DNA of 64,000 nucleotides, from positions 5,208,001 through 5,272,000 of the forward strand of contig CAKKNE010000001.1 of NCBI GenBank assembly GCA_918797485.1. Direction: 5' to 3'. The translations under genes and the position numbers were made by a program. The notes beneath the pieces are model-generated. The model was not told the DNA's origin, searched no databases, and saw only the letters and a program-made list of their open reading frames with translations. Shown here piece after piece: positions 9,419 to 19,227 of the stretch; position 1 is the first letter of the stretch; each line of letters starts with the position of its first letter. Source of the DNA: Pelagomonas calceolata (Eukaryota).

Positions 9419-12400
9419 CTAGGCGATGCCGAACATGGACTGGGCGCTTTCCAGAGACGCCATCGTCTCGCCCGCGAGCGACGTTAGTAAGGCAGACGCG
9501 CTGTCACTGACAGACTTGTTGGCGTGCGCGTCCATCATGTCGAAGACCTCCTTGACCGGGACCGGCGGCTCCCGATACAACCTAATAATTTCCGCCGTGT
9601 CCTTGTGCTTCGCACGCACCGCGCAGTCGGCCGGGCGTAACGTATCCCCTATGGTCCTCGCATCTTTTGAGGCACCTGCCCTCAACAACAAAGCGGCCGT
9701 GTCGTTGGCGCCGGCGTGGCCCGCGAAGTGTAGGGGCGTCCAGCCGTTAGTTGCTGCCTTCGTGACCACCGCCCCATATTCTATCAAAAATTGACACCCG
9801 CGAGTAGCACCAGACAACGCGGCCATCATCAAAGGTGTTTCACCTTCCTCAGTGGCCAAATCAACAAGAGCACCCTTCGACAGGATCCACTTCATCTGCT
9901 TTACGTTCGAGTGCGCCGCGGCGTGGTGCAGCAGGCCCCATCCACTTCCATCGTGCTTCCGCGGGTCCTGCTGCGTGTTGATCGACGACCCGCGCTTCAC
10001 CAAGAACTCGCAGGTCTTCGCGAGCTTCTCGGCCTTCTTGTAGAGATCCAATGCAGATGCCTCGCGTAACGCGTCGGCCTTCATTTTTTCTTGCTTGCTC
10101 ATCTTCTTCTTCTTCTTCTGTAAGTGGGCCATGCCGGACTGGATGTTCGTGCCCTTCTTCGTTTCTCGTTTCATGCGCTTCTGCTCCTCCCGTTCTTTTT
10201 TCATGGCCTCCCTGTCCGCTATTCGTTTTTTGGCGTCATCTTCTTGTTGCACCTCCTCCAGTTCGCGCTTTTGCTGCTCTACGGGTAGGTAGAAGAGGTT
10301 CGGTGCGACGCGACCCTCCTTGGCCAAGCGGGCCATTTCTGTTTTGAGCGTGTGCTCGGTATGTAGTAAGCGCTCCATGCACATGAAGAGCATGGTCTTG
10401 CCATCTAATGAGGTCTCCTCTGCTGACATGGCCGAGTGCTTGTCCATGAAGATCAACCGCAACATATCTACATTACCTTCCAAGACAGCTGCGGTGAGGT
10501 CGTCGTAGTCGTACTGCGCCGCCCCACTGACAAAGTTCGACAGGGCCTTGTAGACGACCTTGAGACCGAAATAGATCTTCGCTAATCTAAGTCCAAACCA
10601 GGTTGCAATCGACTCACCGGTCTTCACGGACCACAACGCAAATTTAATCAAAGGTCGAGGTATGCCGCACTTACCATATAACCACTTCACCGTGCGATAC
10701 GGCACGAACAAATCATCAATCCGAGGATAGCGCATCCAGAAGAAGTACTTCTTCTTAAATTTATGTATTTTGTATCCGATACTTTTCTTCCACTTCTTGT
10801 CCTTGCGGTACTGCTGCTTCTCCTCGTACGACATGTCCGCCATGAGCTCCTCCTCCTGCTTCTTCTCCTCCTCCCGCCAGACCTGCTCGTCCTTGTCCAG
10901 GGCCACGAAGCAGCCGCAGAAGCGCCGCTCCCACCGCGCCAGATGTTTCTTTTTGTACCTCTCCTTTTCTTCGGTGATCGCGGCCTGGATGCGCTTTTCC
11001 TCTTCCGCCTCGGCGGTAGACACGTGGAGCTTCTTGACCATCTGGAGCTCCTTCATGCGCTTCTCCTCCTGCTTCTTGAGGCGCTCCTGCCGTCGCAATT
11101 CATCGATCGTGAGCTTCGTAGATATGGCCTTGTAGACCGCGTTCACGAACTCCTCTCCAATAAACTTGCCCGGCATGTCCGTCGGCGTCTCCTTCATGGC
11201 CGGATCGAGCAAGTGCGGCACGGTCACGTACTGGAACATCTTGTGGCCCGTTTTCTTGACAAAATTGATCACGTCTTCATTGTTCGCCGCCGCGTCCAAC
11301 AGATCGTAATCATTCACGGGACACAGCAAATCATCCCCCAGGAACAAGAAATACTGTTCGGCCAAGGGCTGGACCTCCTCCCGCAGGTCGCGAGGGACCT
11401 TCATCGGCTTTTCCCGCTTCTTCTTCTTTTGTGGCTCTTCCTCCTCTTTCACCGCGTCGGGATCGACCGGGACCACTACCCTTCTCCTAAGCTTCGTCTT
11501 GCCCGGTCGTTTACAGGGCGTCACGCCACTTCTCCGGTGGGGCTTGATCGGGGCGTCCTCATCCACAGGTGTACTCATCCGCATCGTCGCCTCGGCGGCC
11601 TCCTTCTCTTCCAGTTGCTCCACCGTGATGCCTTGTTCTGCGGCCCTCGCTAGTTTAGCTGCTCTTTCTTCTTTGACGAGATCGGGCGTCGGGGGCACGA
11701 AGGAACCCCGTTTGCTACGGAAGAACCACTTCTTTCTACCGCCTGGTGGTGGCGCCTTCGCTTCATGCACCTTATTGTACTTCTTTTGTATCTCTGTGAA
11801 CTTTTTGGCGGTTGATTCTATGGACACTTTGGCCGCTGCTATCTTCTTCTCCTTGTAGGGCCCGGGCGTCGGGAGTGCTTCCGCATCCCTCAAAGCTTGC
11901 TTTGATGCATCGACGGCTTCTTGAGCTTTATCGAGCTTCTTTTTCAACTTAATTTGTTTGTTGTGTGCACTTCTGGGGTAGTACCTTTGATAGAACGAGA
12001 GTTTCTGAGGTTCCTCCTCGATCGTTGGCGTGTCGTCCAGCGAAGGCATGCGACCACCGGCGGCGCGGCCCGTACGTCGTCGTTTCGGAGATAGCGCGTC
12101 CTCGACCGGCGCCGGCGCCGGAGCTTCACTCTCGGGTGAAAGGCCCTTGAGGCGTAGTCGACGGGCGCCCTTCGATTCTTTCTTAGGAGGACTTTCTTTG
12201 GCCAAACGCGCCTCCCGCTTCGCTATCCTAGGATCGATATAGTCGCAATTCACCTCGTGCCGAGCCGTCGCATCAAGTAACCCATAGAAGCCACAGTTGT
12301 TCTTGCACGCGCGTCTCGTCGGGTCCTTGACGAAGTCACACGATTTTTCATGCTTCTTCAGCTCCTTCGCGTCGCCGGACCACCCACAGCCCTTCGGACA

Positions 12401-13870
12401 CTTACACGCGCCGTCATCGTCGAAGTCCTTGTTTCTTTTAGATTTCTTCTTCTTCTTGCCCGGTGAGGTGGGTGCCGGCGCCGGCGCGCCAGCTTCGAAG
12501 ATATACGTGCAGGTCTTCTCGTGCTCGGCGACTTGTTCGTCACTACCGCAAAAGCCGCAGCCCTTGACGCAGATGCGCTCGATGGCGGGCGCCTCCTTGG
12601 CGTTCGAAAACCAGGAGGTGGGGTCGAACCTACCACCTGTTGCAGCAGCAGTCTTCTCGGCCATGGCGCTACCCGCGCGCGACGCCGCGGTCGAGGCCCG
12701 AGAAGCGGCCCCAAAGAACATGGTCTTGAAGCCACTGAGATGATCCTCTGCTGTTCCTGGTCTGGAAGTACCCGCGGTGGACGGCGGCGTCGCCGTGTAC
12801 TGCGAGTCGGCCGTGCCCGCTCGGCGCTTTTTGCCGAAGCACGGGCACAGGCCCTTCTTCATCTTCATCGGGATGATGCTCTTCTTCCGACTACCTTTGA
12901 ACTTGATGCCGTGGGGGTTCTCCTTCATGCGCTTTCGACGCTCTGACCTTAGTAATGCTCGTCTTTTTCTCTCGGCCGTGTCGACACTAATCCCTTCGGC
13001 CGCCTCCTCCTCGTGTTTTTTGACCGTAGAATTGAAGTAGTCGCGCATGCGCTGATAGCGTCGTTCTTTGAGCACCGCAGCGAGCGTGCCTTCCTCCTGC
13101 TCCCGGTCCGTTTCGCGCCGCGCCGCACTTTGTAGTTCAGTCTCGCGCTTAAACTCTTCGATGCGCTGCTGCAACCGGAAATGCGCCGGACCGTCGGGCT
13201 CGCGATAGTTCGCCGCCGTCGGGCAGGGGAAGGAGTCGTCGCCGGGATTCCATTCGACGAAGTCGTAATTGACCCTCGGTTTTATGCCCTTTTCTTTTAC
13301 TAAAACTTTTTCTTCTTCCTTCACGCCGGCGGCGATCATCTTCTCCTGCAACTCCAGGCGTTTCTGGGCTTTGACATCATCATCATCCTTCGAGCGATTT
13401 ATTCTGTCTAGTTCGAGCGCGAAGGCCCGCTTGCCCGCGGGACCAGCGATCTCCTTATTGGTTTCTTTCCATCTTTTCAGTTCGTTACGTTTCGCGATAT
13501 ACGACGACGAGTTATGCGCCCCGCTAAACCGGTTCTTCCTTAACATAACTTCTTTTTGCAGAGCTGTCCGAGGCTGCTCGGCCTCCTGAGCGATGCGATC
13601 GGCCACCGGTTCCACCTGCCCGACCAACTTCACGAAATTCGCCTTCGCGACGGCGAACGCCTCGCTATTGGAAAACATGGTCTGGTTCTTGTCCGGCCGG
13701 AACACGTGCTCGTCCTCCATTTCAGCGGTGAGCCCCGCCTGGAAGCCCCGCTTCACGTTCTTCTTCCCCGGCTCATTCACACTTAACCGTCTCACACTCG
13801 ACTTTCTTCGATCATCGCTTAGATCGGGGTTGGACAGGCGCCGTTCGTCCGAGAACTCTGCTGAAGCCAT
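9419..13870 (-). CDS. Large Lys/Glu-rich protein with three CxxxCG(F/W)xG…HExxC zinc-finger-like repeats and C-terminal ankyrin repeats
   Basis: 1483-aa ORF; GETPLMMAA and GWTPLHFAG ankyrin motifs; TRAF-type-like Cys/His repeats. Confidence 0.8.
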   Translation of the reverse strand: MASAEFSDERRLSNPDLSDDRRKSSVRRLSVNEPGKKNVKRGFQAGLTAEMEDEHVFRPDKNQTMFSNSEAFAVAKANFVKLVGQVEPVADRIAQEAEQPRTALQKEVMLRKNRFSGAHNSSSYIAKRNELKRWKETNKEIAGPAGKRAFALELDRINRSKDDDDVKAQKRLELQEKMIAAGVKEEEKVLVKEKGIKPRVNYDFVEWNPGDDSFPCPTAANYREPDGPAHFRLQQRIEEFKRETELQSAARRETDREQEEGTLAAVLKERRYQRMRDYFNSTVKKHEEEAAEGISVDTAERKRRALLRSERRKRMKENPHGIKFKGSRKKSIIPMKMKKGLCPCFGKKRRAGTADSQYTATPPSTAGTSRPGTAEDHLSGFKTMFFGAASRASTAASRAGSAMAEKTAAATGGRFDPTSWFSNAKEAPAIERICVKGCGFCGSDEQVAEHEKTCTYIFEAGAPAPAPTSPGKKKKKSKRNKDFDDDGACKCPKGCGWSGDAKELKKHEKSCDFVKDPTRRACKNNCGFYGLLDATARHEVNCDYIDPRIAKREARLAKESPPKKESKGARRLRLKGLSPESEAPAPAPVEDALSPKRRRTGRAAGGRMPSLDDTPTIEEEPQKLSFYQRYYPRSAHNKQIKLKKKLDKAQEAVDASKQALRDAEALPTPGPYKEKKIAAAKVSIESTAKKFTEIQKKYNKVHEAKAPPPGGRKKWFFRSKRGSFVPPTPDLVKEERAAKLARAAEQGITVEQLEEKEAAEATMRMSTPVDEDAPIKPHRRSGVTPCKRPGKTKLRRRVVVPVDPDAVKEEEEPQKKKKREKPMKVPRDLREEVQPLAEQYFLFLGDDLLCPVNDYDLLDAAANNEDVINFVKKTGHKMFQYVTVPHLLDPAMKETPTDMPGKFIGEEFVNAVYKAISTKLTIDELRRQERLKKQEEKRMKELQMVKKLHVSTAEAEEEKRIQAAITEEKERYKKKHLARWERRFCGCFVALDKDEQVWREEEKKQEEELMADMSYEEKQQYRKDKKWKKSIGYKIHKFKKKYFFWMRYPRIDDLFVPYRTVKWLYGKCGIPRPLIKFALWSVKTGESIATWFGLRLAKIYFGLKVVYKALSNFVSGAAQYDYDDLTAAVLEGNVDMLRLIFMDKHSAMSAEETSLDGKTMLFMCMERLLHTEHTLKTEMARLAKEGRVAPNLFYLPVEQQKRELEEVQQEDDAKKRIADREAMKKEREEQKRMKRETKKGTNIQSGMAHLQKKKKKMSKQEKMKADALREASALDLYKKAEKLAKTCEFLVKRGSSINTQQDPRKHDGSGWGLLHHAAAHSNVKQMKWILSKGALVDLATEEGETPLMMAALSGATRGCQFLIEYGAVVTKAATNGWTPLHFAGHAGANDTAALLLRAGASKDARTIGDTLRPADCAVRAKHKDTAEIIRLYREPPVPVKEVFDMMDAHANKSVSDSASALLTSLAGETMASLESAQSMFGIA

Positions 13871-14323
13871 GGTGGCTGGGGCTGCCTATGGGGCAGCCCC
13901 TCGGCGCTGGCACGCTCCGAACGCTTGGGCGCTAGCCTGCTCTGCCAACAGTGGTCCTGTCCAAAACCTCTGCGGCGGTGGCCACGAGCGGCCAGGCTAA
14001 TGCGCGCAGTGCTCGCGGGCGCTACCAACAACAACACCTTCGCAGCCCCGACCGGAGCTGCACCCAGCCCCAGGCCTGCAGGGGCTTCCCGGCCGCCCCG
14101 CAGATGCCTCCTAGGGCTCCGTGGCCCGTGTTGCATTCCCGCCCCGCACGAAGCTCGAGAGGGGTCACAGACTCTGTGAGAGCGCGGCGAATTACGACGC
14201 GCAACGCGCATAAAAACACGAACAAGTGGTTGCGCTGCACTTGTGCGTACCACGCGACACGCCGCCGCAGCGACGCGCGAGCCGTGGGGCTGCACCTGAG
14301 CTCACACTCCAACACAGTGCATC

Positions 14324-14680
14324 ATGGCCTCGTCGTCCCGACGTTACTATTCGCCCGCCGTGGGTTATTTCGACCCGTCCGATCTCTGCTGTTACCCATT
14401 CGACCCCGACCTTACTCATGCCAAGCCGTGGGTGAAGCAATTCTGCACGGCCGCAGACGCCGACGACGATCCTTGGACAGCGCTCATCAAGCAACGAGTG
14501 CACGACCTAACAATACGCGAACGCGACGCCGCAGCGCGACGCCGCATGCCGTACATCGTCGCGCGCCAGCTAGCCCTCAAGAAGAACGAAAAAGGCCAGA
14601 CGCCGGAGCGGCGGCTCCTCACGCTCGAGGGCATCCCCGCGTCCGACGACCTCTTCCGCGTCGTCGTCTCGTTCCTGTGA
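14324..14680 (+). CDS. Small hypothetical protein with C-terminal F-box-like motif
   Basis: 118-aa ATG ORF ending SDDLFRVVVSFL, resembling the C-termini of the ankyrin genes in this window. Confidence 0.55.
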   Translation: MASSSRRYYSPAVGYFDPSDLCCYPFDPDLTHAKPWVKQFCTAADADDDPWTALIKQRVHDLTIRERDAAARRRMPYIVARQLALKKNEKGQTPERRLLTLEGIPASDDLFRVVVSFL

Positions 14681-14711
14681 ACCCTACTACTGTGTAAAGC
14701 AACAACAAGAG

Positions 14712-16211
14712 TTAAGCTACAATTTCCCCCACGACCTTGGACACATGACCCAAAGGCCCCAAGCCGTCGAACTCGAAGACGCCGTCCAGGATCAGCAGAT
14801 CCCTCAAGCCCGTGTAGAACAGCGCCCGCAAAGGTAGGAACGCGGCCACCACCACCCCATTGTAGAGCACGCGGTACTCCGCGCCCTGGAATAGTGCCTG
14901 CGGCCCCTCCTTCTTCGATATGGTTGAGACCGTCTCCAGCACATCCCGGATGCCCCCGGGCGTGTCCCCCGCTAAAACACGTGTCCGAGCGACGTCCAGC
15001 GGCGTCGTCGCGAGCGCCGCGACGATGGCCACGCCCACGGTCCTCGCCGTGAGCGCGTCGACGCCACCGTCCAGCGGCGCGATGTTGTTGAGCAGAGCGA
15101 TCGTGCCGACCCGCAGCAACACGTAGGGTACTTCGGAGGCGATCTGGGCCGGCGCTCGTTGTATCCCAAACTCCAGGCCCTCTATCGATTCTTTCCGGAA
15201 CCACGGGAGTATGGAAGTGTCCGGCTGGGAGACCTGGGCGCGCGTTGCCAAAACATCAGCCGGCGCTCTTACCGCAATGGCGGCGGTCTCCGCGACACCA
15301 ACGGTAGCGATAAATTGCGTTAAATCGGTAGGTACTAAAGGTACGCCCGTCAGCCGTCTCGTAATCTCGCGCGCGCCGTAATACGTGACCGCGTACGGCA
15401 CAGAGGCGGCCAAAGCGGGCCCGACGCCCGCATATAAATTCTTCAGCTGCCTCGGATCGGTTGATTTACCGGCCTGGACGCGGTTCTTCAGTGTTAATAC
15501 TGGATGTAATACAGCGGCCCTAGCCACTTCAGTTAAACCACCGGCCACGCAGGCGGATAACGCCAGTTCCGCGTTGGGCACCTTCCTATAAAATTCTCGG
15601 GGTGGCCGTAGGGCCCGCGGCCACCAGGGCGGCAGCCGCAGTTCTCTTAACTCATCACCAGTTATGGGATCGACGACGAATTCCGTTAATAAGCTTTCCT
15701 GGCGCTTGACGACCATGTTGTTCTTGGACAGGGCCTCGGTGACGTTGGCCTTGGCGAGCTGGGGCTTCTTCTTCTTCTTTTTTGTATCTGCAGCTTTTTT
15801 GGGCTTCGCGGCGGTCGCGTTCGCCGCCCGCGCCGCGGTCGCATTCGCTGGCCGCGTCGCAGTGGCGTTGGCGGCGCGCGTCGCCGTGGCGTTGGCTGGC
15901 CGCGTCGCGGTCGCATTCGCTGGCCGCGTTGCCGTCGCATTGGCCGGCCTTGTCGCGGTGGCGTTGGCCGGCCTCGGCGCGGTCGCGTTGGCCACTCGCG
16001 TCGCGGTCGCGTTCGTTCGCGGCACAGCGGGTGTCGGCGGCGCCTCAACGGGCGTTGCCGTGACTGGTGCAGCCAGCGCTACGGCCGGCGGCGTCAATAT
16101 GACAGCTCCGATGCTCCGAAGCGCACTCCGCCGCGTGTGGACCGGTTTCTTCGGTGGAAACTCCAGCGCTGATGTCCTCAGCAGCAAGACGAGCCATGGT
16201 CTAGCCCTCAT
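14712..16211 (-). CDS. Mitochondrial carrier family (SLC25) protein with signal-peptide-like N-terminus, probably plastid/secretory targeted
   Basis: Three carrier-signature-like motifs (PVLTLKNR, PADVLATR, PLDVARTR); MRARPWLVLLLRTSAL leader. Confidence 0.8.
   Translation of the reverse strand: MRARPWLVLLLRTSALEFPPKKPVHTRRSALRSIGAVILTPPAVALAAPVTATPVEAPPTPAVPRTNATATRVANATAPRPANATATRPANATATRPANATATRPANATATRAANATATRPANATAARAANATAAKPKKAADTKKKKKKPQLAKANVTEALSKNNMVVKRQESLLTEFVVDPITGDELRELRLPPWWPRALRPPREFYRKVPNAELALSACVAGGLTEVARAAVLHPVLTLKNRVQAGKSTDPRQLKNLYAGVGPALAASVPYAVTYYGAREITRRLTGVPLVPTDLTQFIATVGVAETAAIAVRAPADVLATRAQVSQPDTSILPWFRKESIEGLEFGIQRAPAQIASEVPYVLLRVGTIALLNNIAPLDGGVDALTARTVGVAIVAALATTPLDVARTRVLAGDTPGGIRDVLETVSTISKKEGPQALFQGAEYRVLYNGVVVAAFLPLRALFYTGLRDLLILDGVFEFDGLGPLGHVSKVVGEIVA
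15810..16016 (-). repeat. 24-bp coding tandem repeat (ANATATRP, about 8 copies)
   Basis: Repeated peptide ANATATRP/ANATAARA in the carrier N-terminal extension. Confidence 0.85.
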
Positions 16212-16286
16212 GGCCAGCACCAGTGAACCAGGCCCTCAGTGCTTGATTTGAAGGTCACAAAAAAAGCCGTAAAAATGCGCGGTTTT

Positions 16287-16306
16287 CTAGTGTCTTACAC
16301 GCTAGC
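16287..16306 (+). promoter_or_regulatory. CTAG-bounded promoter motif (short variant)
   Basis: ctagtgtcttacacgctagc, about 75 bp upstream of the carrier ATG. Confidence 0.6.
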
Positions 16307-16360
16307 ATAACCGAGGGAGGAACTGTAACATCGACCGCGTACCGAGGGAGGAAGGAGACT

Positions 16361-16403
16361 CGCGGTGTCTCCCCTCCGCCCACTAGTCCTAGCACCGTAA
16401 CAA
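16361..16403 (-). repeat. Dispersed 3'-flanking element, copy 1
   Basis: 16374-16403 is the exact reverse complement (30/30) of 23271-23300; a further 12/13 match lies at 16361-16373 vs 23309-23321. Confidence 0.85.
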
Positions 16404-16439
16404 AATGGTTTCACGAAATAATTACATTGCGCGACACTA

Positions 16440-16503
16440 GCGGGAAGCTGGACTCGGCCGCGGCGCCCAAGGAAAGGCGCCGCGGCGTCACGATCGCCTC
16501 CGC
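16440..16503 (-). promoter_or_regulatory. SECIS-like stem-loop
   Basis: GUGAC core, perfect 11-bp stem GCCGCGGCGCC/GGCGCCGCGGC, loop UUUCCUUG, CGAG on the 3' side, lower helix GCGGAGGC/GCUUCCCGC; starts 8 nt after the TAG. Confidence 0.7.
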
Positions 16504-16511
16504 ACCGCCGC

Positions 16512-16898
16512 CTAGCGCTCCATGCTCTCCGCCTTCGGCCCGCCCCCCGACTCCGAGGCCGCGACGGCGTGGTCGGCCGTCTTGTCGAGCGCGCTCTTGC
16601 AGAGCCGCTTGCTACAGCAGGCCGGGCAGAAGAAGTACAAGGGCAGGCACTCCTTTGCAGACTTCTTGCCGTCCACGGTGGAATAGACCATGAACGGCAG
16701 GCCGCACTTATGTTCGACGACGGCGCCGGGCAGCTTCTCGCGAATCGCGTCGGCGACGGGGTATCGGCCGCACTCCACCCAGCCGGCCGTGGGTCAGGTG
16801 TAGAGCTTCACCTGCTTCCCAGCACCCTCGGCGGCCACGGGCGCTCCGCCGTGGCACGACTGGCCTCCAGGGAGGAGGCCCATGAGCCATCAGCACAT
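16512..16898 (-). CDS. Candidate selenoprotein (128 aa, Sec at codons 3 and 35), Rdx/SelW-like thioredoxin fold
   Basis: One frame reads MC*WLMGLLPGGQSCHGGAPVAAEGAGKQVKLYT*PTAGWVECGRYPVADAIREKLPGAVVEHKCGLPFMVYSTVDGKK…MER-TAG. Both * are TGA (16890-16892, 16794-16796). SECIS-like hairpin downstream. Alternative ATG at 16883. Confidence 0.72.
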
Positions 16899-17023
16899 GA
16901 TTGCGGAGGCGGGGGCAGCGCCTTTACCACGCCAACGAGGTCGTCTGCGTGGCTCGCGGCCCACTAATCGACGACCGGAAGGACCTCAGGCAAGTCCGTC
17001 GCGACGAGCGGTGCTCGGTATGG

Positions 17024-17041
17024 CTAGGTGTGACACGCTAG
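17024..17041 (+). promoter_or_regulatory. CTAG-bounded promoter motif (short variant)
   Basis: ctaggtgtgacacgctag, between divergent starts 16898(-) and 17181(+). Confidence 0.45.
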
Positions 17042-17180
17042 ATTTTGCAAAAATTTAACAAAACGCAGCCCGAGGCAGCCCGGCATGGCCCGTCCAGCTC
17101 GAAAGCTGCTGCTGTGGGCCGCATAGATCGACACCAGACTTTACGCAATCGCTGCGGCGAAAAAAAAGCTCCACCCTAAA

Positions 17181-18395
17181 ATGCAAGCAGTCCTGCTCCT
17201 CGCCGCGGCGGCGCACGCGACAAAAAGCACCTGGCAGCACACCAACGCCTTCGACCGCGACCTGCACGACCCCAAGACGCGAGCGCTGCTGGAACGGCGC
17301 GACCGCCGGGACCGCAACCGGGATTTCGTCGAGGCGGTCGCGCTGGTCCACACGCTGCGCAGCCGCACGCGCTACTTCACGCTGCTGGAGGTCGACGGCG
17401 ACGTCTGGCTGACCGCGCGCGGTGGTAACAGGGCGGACTCGTGCAAGAGCGCGCCCTGCGACCAGTTGTTGTGGCGCAATGGTAGTCACGACAGACTGAT
17501 CACATCCCTAAATCCGCATCGCTTCGTGAGCCGCGACGGCGTCGCGCACAACCTCGCCGTAGCTGTTGATGATGATCAGTTAGTGGCCGCGGGCGGGCTC
17601 TACCGCAGCAGGGACCCTTCTCTATATAGAAATGTGCAGCCCCTGCACGGCTCCGATCGGTACGAGGGCGTCGAGGTCTTTGATATTACCCGCGATTTGA
17701 CCTGGACGCGGACCGCGGTGATCGACGGGCGGCACCCGGGCTGCGTGGAACGACGAGACGGCTTCGGCGGGCTCTGCGAGTTCGACGGGCGCCTGAGCCT
17801 GGCGCCCTTGGGCAACGAATTACTATTGTACGCGCGGGCGAACACTAGAGAAGCTGGAGGCGGCCGCGGCGTGCAGGTGTCGCGGCGCGGTGCAAATGGA
17901 TGGTCGCCCTTCGAGCAAGTGTCGTTCGAGGGTTTACATGAGGACGACCAGGTCTACTTCGCGGCCATCAACAGGCACCCGGCCTTCGTGCTGCGCCACC
18001 GCGGGCACCAGTACGCCGCGGACGCGCTCGTCGCGCTCGCGCCCGTGTCGCGGGCGGACGGTTCGGCGTACGTCGGGCTTGCCGTGTCGTGCGACGGCGT
18101 CCACTTCTCGAACCTCGAGCCTCTCCTGAATTGCACCGGCGGCGCCTCGCTGGGCCGGGCCCCGGACCACCCGGTCGACGGTCTATTGAGGCGAGGCCCT
18201 TCGACCCACATCTACGTCCACCGCGACGTGCCGGGCATCGCGCTCCACAAGGCCGGGCGCCAGCCGCGGCCGCGCATCGTGCGCCTGGACGTCCCCTCGT
18301 GGAAGCTGTCCGACCTGGCGCGCGAGAAGTTCCGGACGTTAGAAGGATGCGACCGCGTGTGCCGCGACGCGCGGGGGCGCCCGGAGTACTGTTAA
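17181..18395 (+). CDS. Secreted hypothetical protein, possibly beta-propeller glycosidase-like
   Basis: Signal peptide MQAVLLLAAAAHA; Asp-box-like SCDGVHF; LLLYARAN. Confidence 0.65.
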   Translation: MQAVLLLAAAAHATKSTWQHTNAFDRDLHDPKTRALLERRDRRDRNRDFVEAVALVHTLRSRTRYFTLLEVDGDVWLTARGGNRADSCKSAPCDQLLWRNGSHDRLITSLNPHRFVSRDGVAHNLAVAVDDDQLVAAGGLYRSRDPSLYRNVQPLHGSDRYEGVEVFDITRDLTWTRTAVIDGRHPGCVERRDGFGGLCEFDGRLSLAPLGNELLLYARANTREAGGGRGVQVSRRGANGWSPFEQVSFEGLHEDDQVYFAAINRHPAFVLRHRGHQYAADALVALAPVSRADGSAYVGLAVSCDGVHFSNLEPLLNCTGGASLGRAPDHPVDGLLRRGPSTHIYVHRDVPGIALHKAGRQPRPRIVRLDVPSWKLSDLAREKFRTLEGCDRVCRDARGRPEYC

Positions 18396-18449
18396 TGTGG
18401 TGTTTTTCATATTTGGCACCGGCGTCGACGACGAGACGATCAAACATAC

Positions 18450-18992
18450 TTAGAACAGCGTGCTCTCGAGCCGCAGGTACTCGCCGACGTCCGCCTGGTG
18501 CAGGACCACCGACGCCGTCGGGTCGAGGTCCTTGCACGCGGCCGTCGGCTGCGCCAATATTCCAAACCCGAGCGGCACGTCCTGCAAGTTGAAGACGACG
18601 ACGCCGCCGTGCTGCGGCGCCGCGTCCGTGATGCGACCCAGCCCCTGCTTCGTGACGTGGTTGCCGTACAGGAACGAGTTCTCCGCGCTCGCCTTGAGCC
18701 ATACCTTGTGCAAAGCATGTTTGGCCAAATGATCGACGCAGGTAATTTGCAGGTGGATCTTGCCGCTGTGCGTGATCTTCGCGAAGCACGTGCCCATGGC
18801 TAGTAAATCGCTCCCCTTGAAGTTCGTCGCCATGCGCATGAGCTTCTCGCTCACGTAGTATATCCTCCCTTTGTGCACGCGAAAGCAGTGCGGCTCCTCG
18901 GCCTTGTGTAATAATAGCTCGACGTTCTTCCCGATGAACTTCATGAGCTTCTCGAGGAGGGCCCTTAACTCGTCGTCGGTGCAGGGACGCAT
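18450..18992 (-). CDS. NIP7: 60S ribosome subunit biogenesis protein NIP7
   Basis: 180 aa; MRPCTDDE…EKLMKFIG, SFLYGNHVTKQGLGRIT, HQADVGEYLR. Confidence 0.95.
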   Translation of the reverse strand: MRPCTDDELRALLEKLMKFIGKNVELLLHKAEEPHCFRVHKGRIYYVSEKLMRMATNFKGSDLLAMGTCFAKITHSGKIHLQITCVDHLAKHALHKVWLKASAENSFLYGNHVTKQGLGRITDAAPQHGGVVVFNLQDVPLGFGILAQPTAACKDLDPTASVVLHQADVGEYLRLESTLF

Positions 18993-19204
18993 GGTGGTCT
19001 ACGCCCGCGGCGGCGGCGTGTTGCGCCCTGCTCTAGCCCTTTTGCAGTGTGCAGTGTGCAGTGGCCACCGCAAGCGAGGAGCTGATCAACCAATGCTTGC
19101 CCGCACCCAGAATCGATGTTGGAGTTCTGAAAAACGATCTCTAAGTCGGTGCAGGTTACCCAGGAGCAAATGCAGGCTGCACTTGTCGCCGGCTTTGTGG
19201 CAGC

Positions 19205-19227
19205 CTAGTGCCTTACAGGACGCTAGC
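19205..19227 (+). promoter_or_regulatory. CTAG-bounded promoter motif
   Basis: ctagtgccttacaggacgctagc, upstream of NIP7 and of the divergent locus. Confidence 0.65.
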
